NCBI RefSeq assembly: GCF_009914755.1
Contig: NC_060929.1
Direction: 5' to 3' (one strand)
DNA from: the human T2T-CHM13v2.0 reference genome, Homo sapiens
Length of the DNA: 64,000 nucleotides
The stretch's first letter is position 1. Each line of letters begins with the position of its first letter. Position numbers and translations under genes: made by a program. Below the pieces are notes generated by a model. The model did not search any database. It was not told the origin of the DNA and saw only the letters and a list, made by a program, of their open reading frames with translations. Positions 1 through 15,589 of the stretch are shown here, in pieces.

Positions 1-130
1 TCCAAACATATATGGTCCCCTATTTTTTGACAAGGGCATGAAGAGGACACAATGAGGAAAGTGTAATCTCTTCAATAAATGGTGTTAGGAAAACTGGATT
101 TCCACATACAAAATAATAAAATTGGTTCCA
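1..130 (+). mobile_element. Old L1 (L1M-type) ORF2 3' fragment
   Basis: tttgacaaggg...ttcaataaatggtgttaggaaaactgg resembles the L1 ORF2 FDK...[10 protein letters not shown] segment; degenerate. Confidence 0.7.
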
Positions 131-289
131 TTCTGTGAAAAAGTTCTTCCCTATGTCAACTCTCAGGCACTTCTGGCTTTCTGTGCTTGTGGCTTAGGAG
201 CAAAGTGGCTCTACTTGAGGGCAGTCCTTCAAGAAAGAATCATAGGAACGGACTCTGCCAAGCAAACGCACATCAACGCTAAGGAGGGG

Positions 290-803
290 CAGTATGGTAA
301 TTTTAAAACATCTCTATAAATTCTTTAACGCTTTTCCCACAAAAGGTGATCTAATTCTCTGTCCCTTAAATATGGGCATGTCTTAGTGATCACTTCTAAT
401 GAATACAATGCAGCAGAAGAGACACTGCATGAATTCCAAGGCTAGGCTCAAAAAGGTGTCCTACTCCCTGATTCTGACTCTCTCTCAGGCAGTTCTTGCC
501 CTTAGAACTCAGGTACCATGTAATGAGGAAGCCTTATCCACATGGAGATGTGTGGCTGGCAACTCCAACTAAGGTCTCTAAGCCCATAGCCAGTATCAAC
601 CACAGACATGTGAACGAGTTAGTCTTCCAATGATTCCATCTCTCAGCCTCCTGGATGATACCCCAGAAATCATAGGCTAGGGCCATTCTGCCCATGCTGT
701 TCCCGGTCCAAACTTGACCTACAAAATCCATAAGCATAATGAATGTTTGTTTCATGCCACTGAGTTGTGAGATACTTTGTTACAAGCCATAGAGTCTAGA
801 ACA
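290..803 (+). mobile_element. MLT1-family (ERVL-MaLR) solo LTR, degenerate
   Basis: Internal aatgcagcagaagagacactgcatgaattccaaggctagg and 3' end tgtttcatgccactgagttgtgagatactttgttacaagccataga resemble MLT1. Confidence 0.65.
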
Positions 804-974
804 CTAGACACTGAAATTGTAAGAATTTCTGTGGGAAGTTTCCGAAGGAATATGGGGGGAGCACTGGCATTTGTGACAGTCCCTGATGGTATTTGTTGAC
901 CAAGGGATTGTGAATAGCATTTCTGCCTCACAGATGATTGGACAGACTCATGGGATAGAATAATTTATTGGAAA

Positions 975-1140
975 GAACATTGGCCATGGAGTCATGACCT
1001 GGGTTCAAATTCTAGCTTGGCTATAAATCCTTTAATCTCTTGTAATCAGAATTTTCCTGGACATCCAAAGATAACTACACCTATCTGATAGGGTTGTTTT
1101 TGAGGACTGAATAAAATAATGTATGCAAAAGTACCTGAGA
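975..1140 (+). mobile_element. MIR SINE fragment
   Basis: gacctgggttcaaattctagct and core-like acctatctgatagggttgtttttgaggactgaataaaataatgtatgcaaaagtacct. Confidence 0.65.
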
Positions 1141-2326
1141 CTGTGAGGAGTTTCAATGAGGAGTCTTTCTCCATTAAGTGTGTTTCCACTTCACATAGAC
1201 CAATGTTATTTTGTACAATTGTTGGTCAAGTAAACACTTCTCTTTGCTAATAGGGGAGAGATGCAGACTTTTTCTTTCAAATTAGAGCATTTTCTCTGTT
1301 AGAAAACCTTTTTCTACCCTGTTAATCTTAGAGGACACTTGCATGAAGTTATTTTTCCAATACTGAATAGATGGTCTGGTGCAGTTAAAGTCTTAAAGAG
1401 CACTTACAGTTCTTTGTTAGGGTGCCATTATTATTAAATAATGTGGCTTTCTCCATTATAGAAACCATCTTGACTATTGGAAATACTGTCAAAACCATAT
1501 TTGGTAAACCAGGAATGAAATGCATCCTTATTAAGTTATTCAACAATTTTGAAGTTTGCATTTGGAACCATTCACAAAGTTCTTTTTAAGTTATTAATTT
1601 CACATGAGGGAAGGAAGAGATGTCTAGACAAATATGCCTTAGAAGAAGTATTTTAAAATAAAACCTTTTCTGAAATGAATATACAGTATTGTACCCTAAC
1701 ATCTTACTTTGAACTCACTGTGATAGTTGTTTCTTGAAAACAAGAAAATGTTCTGTGAGTTAACCAGACTTGAGAGTTGTGATTTTTATATAGAATATAT
1801 TTTTAGGAATGTGAAAAAACTTAGTTTTGTTCATAGAAAGGCTTTAAATTTTTTTTTTACAAAACATTTTAATGAAGACCTTTTTTCAGTGGGATTTATG
1901 AGCCTATAGACATAAAAATAACAAAGAGACCATATTCTGGTCTTAAGAAGAGTCTAATATGAATATATTGAAAAGCTCAAATAAGAACCCCTGTGATTTG
2001 TAGTGCCATATCATTTGATTATTGGCAAAATGACCTATCAAAACCATGGAATTTTAAAATCTTATTTGGCTCTTCCACCTACTGACTTTGTCAATGAGCT
2101 CTGTTTGGCCATGTCAATATGATTTAACAAATTGTTGATGACAATTAACAATTAAATAATTCAGCTGAATTCAAGATTATTGCGAATCTTATGTATGACT
2201 GCTTTTTCTCACCTGAGAAGGGTTTTCTAGGCAAAAGCACTGGGGTCAGATTCAGGTCTATATTCTGCCTGATTCTTCCATCTTTCCCAGCACTATCTCC
2301 AGAGAAGAAACTGGGAGAACTGCCTT

Positions 2327-2338
2327 TTTCTTTCTTTC

Positions 2339-2369
<31 letters not shown>

Positions 2370-3093
2370 ACTTTAAGTTTTAGGGTACATGTGCACAATG
2401 TGCAGGTTAGTTACATATGTATACATGTGCCGTGCTGGTGCGCTGCACCCATCACTGGCCATCAGAGAAATGCAAATCAAAACCACAATGAGATATCATC
2501 TCACACCAGTTAGAATGGCAATCATTAAAAAGTCAGGAAACAACAGGTGCTGGAGAGGATGTGGAGAAATAGGAACCCTTTTACACTGTTGCTGGGACTG
2601 TAAACTAGTTCAACCATTGTGGAAGTCAGTGTGGCGATTCCTCAGGGATCTAGAACTAGAAATACTATTTGACCCAGCCATCCCATTACTGGGTATATAT
2701 GCAAAGGACTATAAATCATGCTGCTATAAAGACACATGCACACGTATGTTTATTGCGGCACTATTCACAATAGCAAAGACTTGGAACCAACCCAAATGTC
2801 CAACAATGATAGACTGGATTAAGAAAATGTGGCACATATACACCATGGAATACTAGGCAGCCATAAAAAATGATGAGTTCATGTCCTTTGTAGGGACATG
2901 GATGAAATTGGAAATCATCATTCTCAGTAAACTATCGCAAGAACAAAAAACCAAACACTGCATATTCTCACTCATAGGTGGGAATTGAACAATGAGAACA
3001 CATGGACACAGGAAGGGGAACATCACACTCTGGGGACTGTTGTGGGGTGGGGGGAGGGGGGAGGGATAGCATTGGGAGATATACCTAATGCTA
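2327..3093 (-). mobile_element. 5'-truncated, 5'-inverted (twin-primed) L1PA2-like insertion
   Basis: 2327-2451 is the reverse complement of the L1 tail and last ~90 nt. 2452-3093 is sense ORF2 end and 3'UTR. 12-bp TSD GAGAACTGCCTT at 2315-2326 and 3094-3105. gtaactaacctgcacattgtg and aaatcatcattctcagtaaactatcgcaagaac are L1PA2-like. Confidence 0.92.
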
Positions 3094-3261
3094 GAGAACT
3101 GCCTTAATAAATCTCTGCCACACAAATTCTCATATCATAATCTGAAAGATGACTTGAGAAGATGCCTCACTGCTGTTATCCCACAGGTGAGATGAAGGAT
3201 AGTAACATTTAGGAATTTTGGAGAAATGAAGAGTTTTTCACTTCCTTATAACTCTTCTGAC

Positions 3262-4120
3262 ACTCATTCATTTATTCAACAAATGTTTACTGAGGGCCTA
3301 CTATGTGCCAGGCACAATTCTAAGCACTGAGAATATAGTAGTGAACAATGCAGATAAAGATCGCTGTGTGTGTTTATGGAACACATATTCAAGAATGGAG
3401 AGGCAGATGATAAGGAAAATAAAATCCATAATATATGCAATTGTGTTAAGTAGCATAAAGAAACGTGAAGTAAGAAAATGAGCATGGAGGTAGAAATTAC
3501 TATTTTACATGAGGCGATCTGGGAAATCCTCACCTGTAAGTCAATGCTTGAACAAGGACTTGATGGAGAGAAGAAAACAAGCCATTCAAATACTTCGGGA
3601 AGAACAGTCCGAGCACAGAGGGCATCCAGTGGAAATATTCTGAGGTGAGAGTAGACTTGGCAAATATAAGGAATGGCAAAAGGACCACTGTGGCTAAATC
3701 AGAAGGAGCAAGGGAGCAGACAGTGGGAATGGGGGTCACAGAGGTAGCAGACTAAATCTTAGAGTTAACTTCATACAATGAATGCAAGAATAAGAGTTCT
3801 TTGAAGAGAAAGAAAACGAGATGACAAGAACAGAATCTATGGAAATGCCTGCATTTAGGTAGTGGAAAAACATAAAGAGAAAAGAATGTTAAAGGAAGAT
3901 GACAAGGAGACCCCAGGAGAGGAGAGTCTCCGTAAGAAAATGTAATAAAAGAGGGGCTGTTCAACAGTCTTAACTACTGCCTAGTGTCAACTGTTTTACA
4001 GTTTGCATGAAAACAAGGACTGGGTAAAAGCCATTCAATCTGGTAATTAGAGTTACACGAGATCTTTCAGAGGAGTTTGCCTTCAGTAGTAGGGGTGGAT
4101 GTCAAGTAAGAGGAGTATGT
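3262..4120 (-). mobile_element. L2 LINE 3' portion
   Basis: cattcatttattcaacaaatgtttactgagggcctactatgtgccaggcac is the reverse complement of the L2 3' terminus; purine-rich degenerate body follows, distal boundary approximate. Confidence 0.75.
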
Positions 4121-4427
4121 AGCACATGTAGACTGCCCTGGTTTTTTGTTTGTTTGTGTTTTGGATCAATTTGGCCAAAAAAGAAAAAGAGCAGGTAAAG
4201 AGGAGACTCTGAATGTGTAGGAATTATTTGTGAGAACAGCTATTGGCTTTTCCTCTTTGCGAATACATGACCAGTGAATCACTGCAGAACTCAAAATCAA
4301 CTGGATGCTCACGTAGGTTTCAGCTAGGGAATGTAGAGTAACCTGCAATTACTCATGCCAAAAGACTTATTGGGATGAGACATAATCTTTCCTTCAGTTA
4401 GCTCTTAAGATAAAATTTGGTTTTGCT

Positions 4428-4860
4428 GACTTGGAACCAACCCAAATGCCCATCAATGATAGACTGGATAAAGAAAATGTGGCACATATACACTATGGAA
4501 TACTACGCAGCCATAAAAAAGAATGACTTCATGTCCTTTGCAGAGACATGGATGAAACTAGAAGCCATCATTCTCAGCAAACTAATACAGGAAGAGAAAA
4601 CCAAACACCACCTGTTCTCACTCATAAGTGGGAGTTGAACAATGAGAACACACGGACACAGGCAGGGAAACATCACACACTGGGGCCTGTCGGGGGTGGG
4701 GGATAAGGGGAGGGAGAGCATTAGGACAAATACCTAATGTATGCAGGGCTTAAAATCTAGATGACGGGTTGAAAGGTGCAGCAAACCACCATGGGACATG
4801 TATAACTATGTAACAAACCTGCATGTTCTGCACATGTATCCAAGAACTTAAAATAAAAAA
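4428..4860 (+). mobile_element. 5'-truncated L1PA7/8-like element
   Basis: ORF2 C-terminus ([20 protein letters not shown]), 3'UTR and polyA; perfect 16-bp TSD AAAATTTGGTTTTGCT at 4412-4427 and 4861-4876. Confidence 0.9.
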
Positions 4861-7143
4861 AAAATTTGGTTTTGCTAAGGTTATTTATCCAGCTCCCCCC
4901 AAATTCCCCATTGCTAATTTGACAGGAAGATTGAGTTATTCCAGTACACGTTGACATACTTGTGAAGATAGTGGAAGTAGTATTTTTAAAAAGGTATGAG
5001 TAAAACAGATCAATGATAATGGATTTTGGTGAAAGGGATCAACCAAAGTTTTTAGCTAGGTTTTATTCTGCAGTGGTTGTAAAGGCACATTCTGTTTTTT
5101 TTTAATAACAGCTTAAAAATTTGGCTGATGTGTGCTAAGCTAACTGGCAGGCACTGTAATTTTGTGCTTTGTTCAATTCCTTGGGCTGTGCTGACATTCA
5201 ATAAATGTTATATATTGATATTAATATTTTCCATGTTGCCTTCATTAAGTTTTTAATACCTTAATTAAATGATTATACTGGAAGCAAACCAGGTGATCTA
5301 TGATTGTAAAATATCTCAACCCCCAAAGTCAAAGACCAACATGTTAAAATCCAATGCACACTCTTCATAATTGACCAAAGAAAGCACATTTATGGCATCA
5401 CATATAAGGTATGATTTGCTTTTCTCTCTTTGAACTAGGGAACAAAATGAACATCCAATGATGTTTTTGGCTGGCTGGGCTTCCCAGGATGTGCTATTAG
5501 AATATCTTTGGGTCAGACACATTTTGCCCTCACACAAACAGTAAGAGGCTAAGCATGAAACCCCCAATAGAAAAAGAAATTTTACGGCGGAAAGTAGGAT
5601 TTGGCTCACTGGCGCTACAGTTCTCTCAGGCACTGCCCCATCATAACCTAGATCACAGAACAGAAAAAGGGAAGATTAATGCCAAATGAATCAATCATGT
5701 TAGTAAAGTTCTTGGCAGGGGATGCTGAGAACCATATAGTATCTCTTACTGATTAAGGTGGGAGTCCAGTGAAACTTCTGTACTAGAAAGATCTGTTTAG
5801 AGATATGGGAGGATTTCCATTTCAAGTCATCAAATCCAATGCCAAGTGTGAGGGAAGGTGTGGGTGAGTAGTGGAAGGAGTTTACAAAATATACACTATA
5901 AAAACTAGAGAAAGACCAAAGGCCAATCTTAAACACCAGCCATTAAAAATATTCTCCCAAGTTTCCAACTCTTTTAGAGAAAATGATGCCTTTACTAGCT
6001 TGCATTTTGCTTTGTGACTCACCAGTCACAGCATTAATTGTATTTTGTCAAAAACTATGGTTTTCAAAATATTGCTTGTATTAAAATCAAGCTGGGTGTT
6101 CTTAACTTAAACCTACTTAGAATAGCCCTCTAAGATTCAGGTGTCTTCCCATTTCACAGGGATAAAACAGGATATTTTTGATCCAACAAAGTTTCATTAC
6201 AAAATGTATAACATTTTTAATGTAAATGGATTAATGTCCCAGGACTTGATTGACTACAGAAAATTGGAAGTAGCCAAGAATAGAGAAGATGTATGTATTC
6301 AAAACTCTAAAGTTAAGGTGAGAGAAAAGAATAGGAGAAATTTGTTCTGAGAATATAAATATGTTTGCACGTTAGGAATGTCTGACTGATCACAATTGTG
6401 AAGAAGAAGAAATGGGTCTTTGCAGAGGTACTGATGTCAGGGGTAGGAAATAGTACAGTGTTCATTGATTTTCCTTCTTTCTTTAATAGGCTCTTCTGTC
6501 CTCAGGTGAGATCATACACCAGAAACTGTTGATTGAAGAATAATTCTGGATTTCAAATACATCCAAGTTCAAAGTATTGATTGGTATCTGTGATGTGGAA
6601 GCTTCAATTTTCTTTATTCCTTTTTCAATATCCCCTACTCTATAAAATACCTCAAAATTAATTATATTTGTGGATAATCAGTATTACTTTCAGACCTAAA
6701 GGATTTATGTTCTTTAAATTAGCTTTAAGATTCAGAATTAAATGTACTTTTCTCCCATTTAAAAATCAACAGTTTAACCTAGTTATATGGGGAGATACTC
6801 ATATATACTCAGGGTTGATACTGATTAGGACTCAGATCTCTCTGGCTTTGAAAAAGCATCTTCAGCACTGCTTCTATACCCAGTCACATTGCTCTGTTAA
6901 GCATAATTTTAATAAAATTAATAATATACACAGGAAGAAAGCTAGTCATTCCCTCTATGGGAAACCATCATGTGGAAAAGGAGAAAGCTGCCATCTACAA
7001 CCTACTACTTTTCTGCTTCCACCTACTATTTTACATAGCTTTGTTTTCATGGGTTTTGTGGAAGTTGTGGGGATTAATTAAGATATTATATTTGTTAAGA
7101 TAATTGACTCTTAATAAAATGATGTAAGCCCATCTATAGTCCC

Positions 7144-7509
7144 TGTATTAGTTCATTTTCACACTGCTATAAAGACATACCTGAGACTGGGTAATTTACA
7201 AAGAAAGACATTTAATTGACTATCAGTTCTGCATGGCTAGGGAGGCCTCAGGAAACTTACAATCATGGCATAAGGGGAAGAGGCACGTCTTATATGGCGT
7301 CAGGCAAGAGAGAGTGCGTGTGCAAGTGCAGGAAAAACTACCATTTATAAAACCACCGGATCTCATGAGAATTCACTCACCATCAGGAGAACAGCATGGG
7401 GGAAATCACCCTCATAATCTAATCACTTCCCACCAGGTCTCTCTCTAAACACCTGGAGATTACAATTCAAGATGAGATTTGGGTGGGGACACAACACCTA
7501 ACCATATCA
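7144..7509 (-). mobile_element. MSTA/THE1-type MaLR solo LTR
   Basis: TGTATTAGT...ACCATATCA termini; 5-bp TSD gtccc/atccc. Confidence 0.88.
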
Positions 7510-8606
7510 ATCCCTGATCTCAACTAGCCATCGCTATAGGTTCTACATGACAACAAATTTAGTAGAGCAAGGCAAAGCTACAAATATTCTTCTATTTCAT
7601 TACTTCTTTAGAAAACACATTATCTGCTTTCAAAGACCATTTGCAGAAACCCTTTTTACCCTTAGCTCAGGTTTTCCCCTATTAGCTTAGGGTGCATGAG
7701 GGATTCAGCTCTGTGGAGGCTTCAGCTACAAGTGAAATCTAGGGCAGTTTGGTTAGTATAGTCAATTGATAGTTAAAAGGACTATACCCTTTTAATTAAC
7801 TAGTTTCCACCTCAAATTATTGATAAAAATAGGGGCTAAAGCGAAAAGCAATCAGGTCAGAAGCTTCAGTGGGCAAGAATGGTTGCCATGAGGTTAAAAC
7901 CCCTCCTTCTCTAAGTTGTCTTCTGTAAGCACACTGTGGATAGCAAATGTTCTTCTGATGTTCACCTCTCAAAGAAAAGTCCACATATTTAGGTTCCCAA
8001 TTCCAGACATTCTTTCTTCAATATCTTCAGAAGTTGATTCTGGTACCAAACCAAAAAGATTGTGGGTTCAAACTACTAGGAAGTAATTAGGCGTTGATGG
8101 ACTGTACCGTCTGCTGGCTTTATGGAGGTTGAGGGCCTTGGAGCTGAGATCTTAGATCCAAAATTCAGTATGGCAGACCACCCACAATATCAGTCTTCTG
8201 ACAACCCTCAGGAAAATGCCGAGTACAAGAGACCATGAGCCAAGGAGCATAGTTTTCTTTAACAGAAAATCTTTTTTTCTCTCTCTCCAAACACATCCAC
8301 ACACACAGACAAATACACACATCCCACATGGATATATAATTTATAATCCCTATCTTTAATAACTTCCCAAATATAACCAAACAAATACAGCACAATTTGT
8401 TTATAACATTGGTTTCAGGAAAAATAAGCTGCATCATGGAGAAAAAGGCACCAATCTAAGAGAAATATACCAGAGTGAGTAAGAAAGATCTTCCGGTCTC
8501 AAGAAGCTTACTGTGCATTGATGAATGTAATACTTTTCATGCAGTGATAAAGATAATATGTACACAATCCAAGATGGAATTAAAATAATCACTCTAAAGG
8601 AAGTAC

Positions 8607-8656
8607 AAAGTGTTAAAAAGACTCAAAGGCTTTAAAGTGTTAAAAAGACTCAAAGG
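8607..8656. repeat. 23-bp direct duplication with 4-nt spacer
   Basis: AAAGTGTTAAAAAGACTCAAAGG at 8607-8629 and 8634-8656, spacer CTTT. Confidence 0.9.
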
Positions 8657-9004
8657 ATGAAATATGTCTATTTGGCTTTGTCATCTGAAAAAATACAACA
8701 TATATAATTTAACCCTCAAGCACATCAAGGCACTTAAAATGCAATTTTATTAAGTTAATAATATTTATTTTCTATATCTATATAATGTCATTCATAAATA
8801 CTTTTATTAATATACAATATTATTATACTTTCTATGTATTGCATGTCCTGGTGTATGTGGCATGTTAGGCATTTTATTTTTTATTAGGTGTTAAACTATA
8901 TTTGACTAAATGAATGAAGTGCTGAAAATAGAATGGACAACCAAAGAACTGGCTGATTCCACAGCCCTTGCTCTTTTTACCAGAACATTCTACCTTTCTA
9001 AATT

Positions 9005-9182
9005 AGTAGTTTCAACCCTGGCTGCACACTGGAATTATCAAGGGTGCTAGAAAAGGTACTAATCCCTGGGTACCATGTTCTAAAATTCTTGATTTAAGTG
9101 GTCTGGTGTATGGCCTGGGCATTAGAATTTTAAAAAATTTCTCAAGTGATTTTAATGTGCAGTTAAAGTTGAAAATCATTGC
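9005..9182. mobile_element. MER5-type hAT-Charlie MITE
   Basis: ~180 bp; ttcaaccctggctgcacactggaat...ggcctgggcattagaattttaaaaa...gtgattttaatgtgcagttaaagttgaaaatcattg; imperfect terminal inverted symmetry. Confidence 0.75.
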
Positions 9183-9200
9183 TCTAAATATCTTCTCTCT

Positions 9201-9202
<2 letters not shown>

Positions 9203-9239
<37 letters not shown>

Positions 9240-9532
9240 AGACAGGGTCTCACTCTGTTGCTCAGGCTGGAGTGCAGTGGTGTGATCACAGCTCACTGCA
9301 GTCTCGTCCTCCCTGGGTTCAGACAATCCTCCCACCTCAGCCTCCTTCTACTGGTCCCTCAGTAGAAGGGACCAGAAGTGAGCTCCACCACACCCAGCTA
9401 ATTTTGTAATTTTTTCTAGAGACGGGCTTTTACCATGTTGTCCAGAATGGTCTCAAATTCCTGACCTTAAGTGATCTGTCCACCTCAGTCTCTCAAAGTG
9501 CTGGGACTACAGGTGTGAGCCAGCATGCCTGG
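9203..9532 (-). mobile_element. AluJ-type element
   Basis: polyT followed by gagacagggtctcactctgttgctcagg...gcctggt; flanking tctaaatat repeat as TSD remnant. Confidence 0.9.
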
Positions 9533-9580
9533 TCTAAATATACTCTTTTGAGATAAAAATACAGAAGCTCTTGTTTTCTA

Positions 9581-9940
<360 letters not shown>

Positions 9941-11679
9941 TTATGATGATATACCACCCATATATAATTAAACACTTTTAAGCATCAGGGCTTTGTAAAA
10001 CAAGGGGTAAGTGGTGCAGCTAGAATGTTAAGATGGTAATACTTCACTCAAGGTAGAGATATATTCTGGCGAATAGAATCTGCATTAGTTAATTATAATT
10101 ATATGGCTTCCTGTATGAAAGTGCATGTAGTAGTTAGGCACAAGGAGGGCTTTCTATTATTGTTTTAAGAATCTTCCAAATATTTTAACACTGCATTTGT
10201 TAGATTTGAAAAAGTCTCATCTATATTTGAGGGTCCTCTGTGCGTGCCTGAGTCTGATCTACAAGTTTCTGTTAGACCTATTCATAGTTACTCTCTTTTA
10301 TCCACTGCAGCACGTTCGAATAAAATGTGTAGTGGAAGATTTATTGTCCAGCCTACAAAATAGCCACATGAAAGCAGAGAAAATCTGAGATCTGTAATGT
10401 GGTCACTGCCAACTCAGCCAAAACTAACTCTTTGATATCTTTATGTTCTTAACATCTGCATTTTGCTCAGTCTCTAGTGTAGTAGGAGAGGTAATAGAGG
10501 AGACAGATGAGGAAAAATGGAGGAAAAACAGCCCTCCAAAAACACTATTATAAATTATTATAATGTATCTTCATTAATCATGTTCAGCTATGGTTTCAAT
10601 TATTTATTTTTCAGTGGAGGTTTCAGTGTGAGTGAGTGAGGCTTTCTTTCAAGCTGCTTTATGATTCTTTAAAAATCTGGGGTGGAAAAAAATTCTTAGA
10701 CCTTAGTGCTGAGATCCTAATTGAAGCCTGATTCCTGCTGAAGCCAACAAAAGGAGGAAGCATGGAGGGAATCTCATCTTGGAACCTACAAATTCCGTTT
10801 AATTGATAAATAGGAACAGATCATTGGATTCCCTCAACAAACTAACTCAGCTCTATTTTTTTCCTCACATTTTAGAAATGACAATTATTCTATGATATAC
10901 AAATGGCTTAAAACAAAATCTTCAATAGAATTCTACTTCAGTGGTAGAAATATTATCTTCCTAGACTGTCTAAACCAGAGTTCCTGTACAGTAAAGCTGC
11001 TTATTCTAGCATCAGTGCAAATGATCTCTTCAGTTTTCATGATTTTGCACCAGACTTCAACTTCTAGTCACAACATGACTTAAATAGTTTGAAAATGAGC
11101 CCTCTCTCCTATGCCAACTGAGGGTGGCCTTTTCTGGAAGCCCACAAAAGATGGAATGTCTGAGATCCTGAAGGTTTCTCTCTGGAGTTTTAAGACAGTC
11201 CACACTCCTCAAAGATGGTGCCAAATTCACCAAACTTTTCATAAGTCTGACCCAAATTATAGACTCTGCACAGGGCCAATCACCAAGCCAAACTCATCTG
11301 GTTCAAAAGTATAATTTCATTTGCAAAGCTGGCTGCATCTGGCAAAGGAAACAGTGGAACTGGGCACAGATGCTCAGCATGTGAGAACAGAAGCTGGGGA
11401 CAGGCACAGGATTTGCAGGAAAGGAGCTTTAACTGGGCCTGGAGGTCTAGAAAGGCTAACAGGAGGGAGGCCAAGGAACAGGCGGTGAAGGTGACAGAAG
11501 TTTTTAATAAAATTGTTTGTTTTCTTTAAGTTTCAGAAAGCTGAACAAATAATAACTAATGCTATGAGCACCCAAACACCTCACCATCATTGTAAAATGA
11601 AGTTCTGTTTTAAGCAGTGAGCCTAAAAAAGGAAAAAGACATGGCCATGACTCTAGAGACATGGCCTTGGAAATGAGGC

Positions 11680-11681
<2 letters not shown>

Positions 11682-11711
<30 letters not shown>
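11682..11711. repeat. (TG)n microsatellite
   Basis: Direct reading. Confidence 0.95.
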
Positions 11712-11712
<1 letters not shown>

Positions 11713-11935
11713 GGGGGGGGGAATGGTCTCTGTTCAGTCTCTGGGTGGTGGTAGCATTCAAAAGAGGCCTAGTGGGTTTGGGACAGTGGGGTCCTGACAT
11801 TCTATCACATCTGGTGACCACATGTTCCTTTCATATCTTGGGATATGAATGAGAGCAACAGTTTTTTCTATCTCTACTTACTGAATATGTTGTATTTCTA
11901 AAATTCACATTTCTCATAACATTGTCCACATATAT

Positions 11936-11945
11936 ACACACACAG

Positions 11946-11987
<42 letters not shown>

Positions 11988-11989
11988 AC
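11936..11989. repeat. (CA)n microsatellite, interrupted
   Basis: Direct reading. Confidence 0.95.
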
Positions 11990-12279
11990 CAAATCCTTGT
12001 ACCTTGAGGCATGCTACCATCTAGATTAACGCCTCATTTTCTTTTTTCTTCTCGTCATCATAATTTTAGCCGTTGGCTTAGTGCAGAGGAAGGTGATGGA
12101 ATTGGGAAGTTAAAAAGCAAGGGCTACATTTTTTTTAAACGCCATCAGTCATGAAAGCAGAAAATCAGGAATCAATGGAAAATAATATAAGAAATGGTCA
12201 GAATAAGCAAAAATACCCATAAAACTTGGACAAGACTAAAATCATGTATGTTAAATAAGGATATCATTAAATTGTCATA

Positions 12280-14620
<2,341 letters not shown>

Positions 14621-14660
14621 GGGTAGAGGGAGAGGAAAAAAAAACAAAACAAAAAACAAA

Positions 14661-14922
<262 letters not shown>

Positions 14923-15589
14923 GAATGTATTTACTGGCTGGGGTAATAAATCAGTAGAGAAACAGCAGGAATAAGCAGTATATGGTAGGGTTACAAATGA
15001 ATAGTAAAAGGGGGCTCCTGATTCGAGATCATCTGAGAATTTTATGTAGAAACTTTGAAGGTAAAAATAAGCTAAAAATTAAGGGAATCATTACGTAATG
15101 AGATCTTTCTCTAAGAGGTAGGAAACCAAGTCACTTCCTGAGAGTGAGAGCGGTGAGAGGAGGAAGGGAAGTTTGTGAATATGGCTCAGCCAGTGGAATG
15201 GCCAGTGTTGCAAATGGGGGCACAGTGAGTTGTAAGTAAAAGGATTTCTGAGTAGTATAGATTTATATTTCAGAAAATATAAATTTATAATAGGGCCAAG
15301 ATACATATGTTTCCCCACAAATACTTGACAGTCTAGGTATAGCAGTGAAGAAGGCAGGTGTTTTGTTTGATCCAGATTTGAGGGTTGATGAAGCAAGTAG
15401 GCTAAAAAGATGAAGGGATTCAGAGTACTGGCAAGAAAGTGGAAATGAGATGTACTGTGGTGTCTGAATAGTCTCAGCTAATGAATCCATTTGACAGAGG
15501 CAGGAATAAGAGAGACACAGAGCTAGGCTAAGGTATACAACCTCTAATCATTTCTGAACTTTTACTCAAAAAATACCCTTTCACCTCTG

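Noticed and set aside
2389-2856. 155-aa ORF as a novel chimeric protein
   Set aside because: Artefact of the inversion junction joining antisense 3'UTR to the L1 ORF2 C-terminus; no promoter evidence
6490-6505. Possible 16-nt exon (ttaatAG...CAG|GTGAGA)
   Set aside because: Very short, frame-shifting and unsupported; such matches are expected by chance
8122-8238. 38-codon ORF MEVEGLGAEILDPKF...
   Set aside because: No recognisable homology, splice context or promoter
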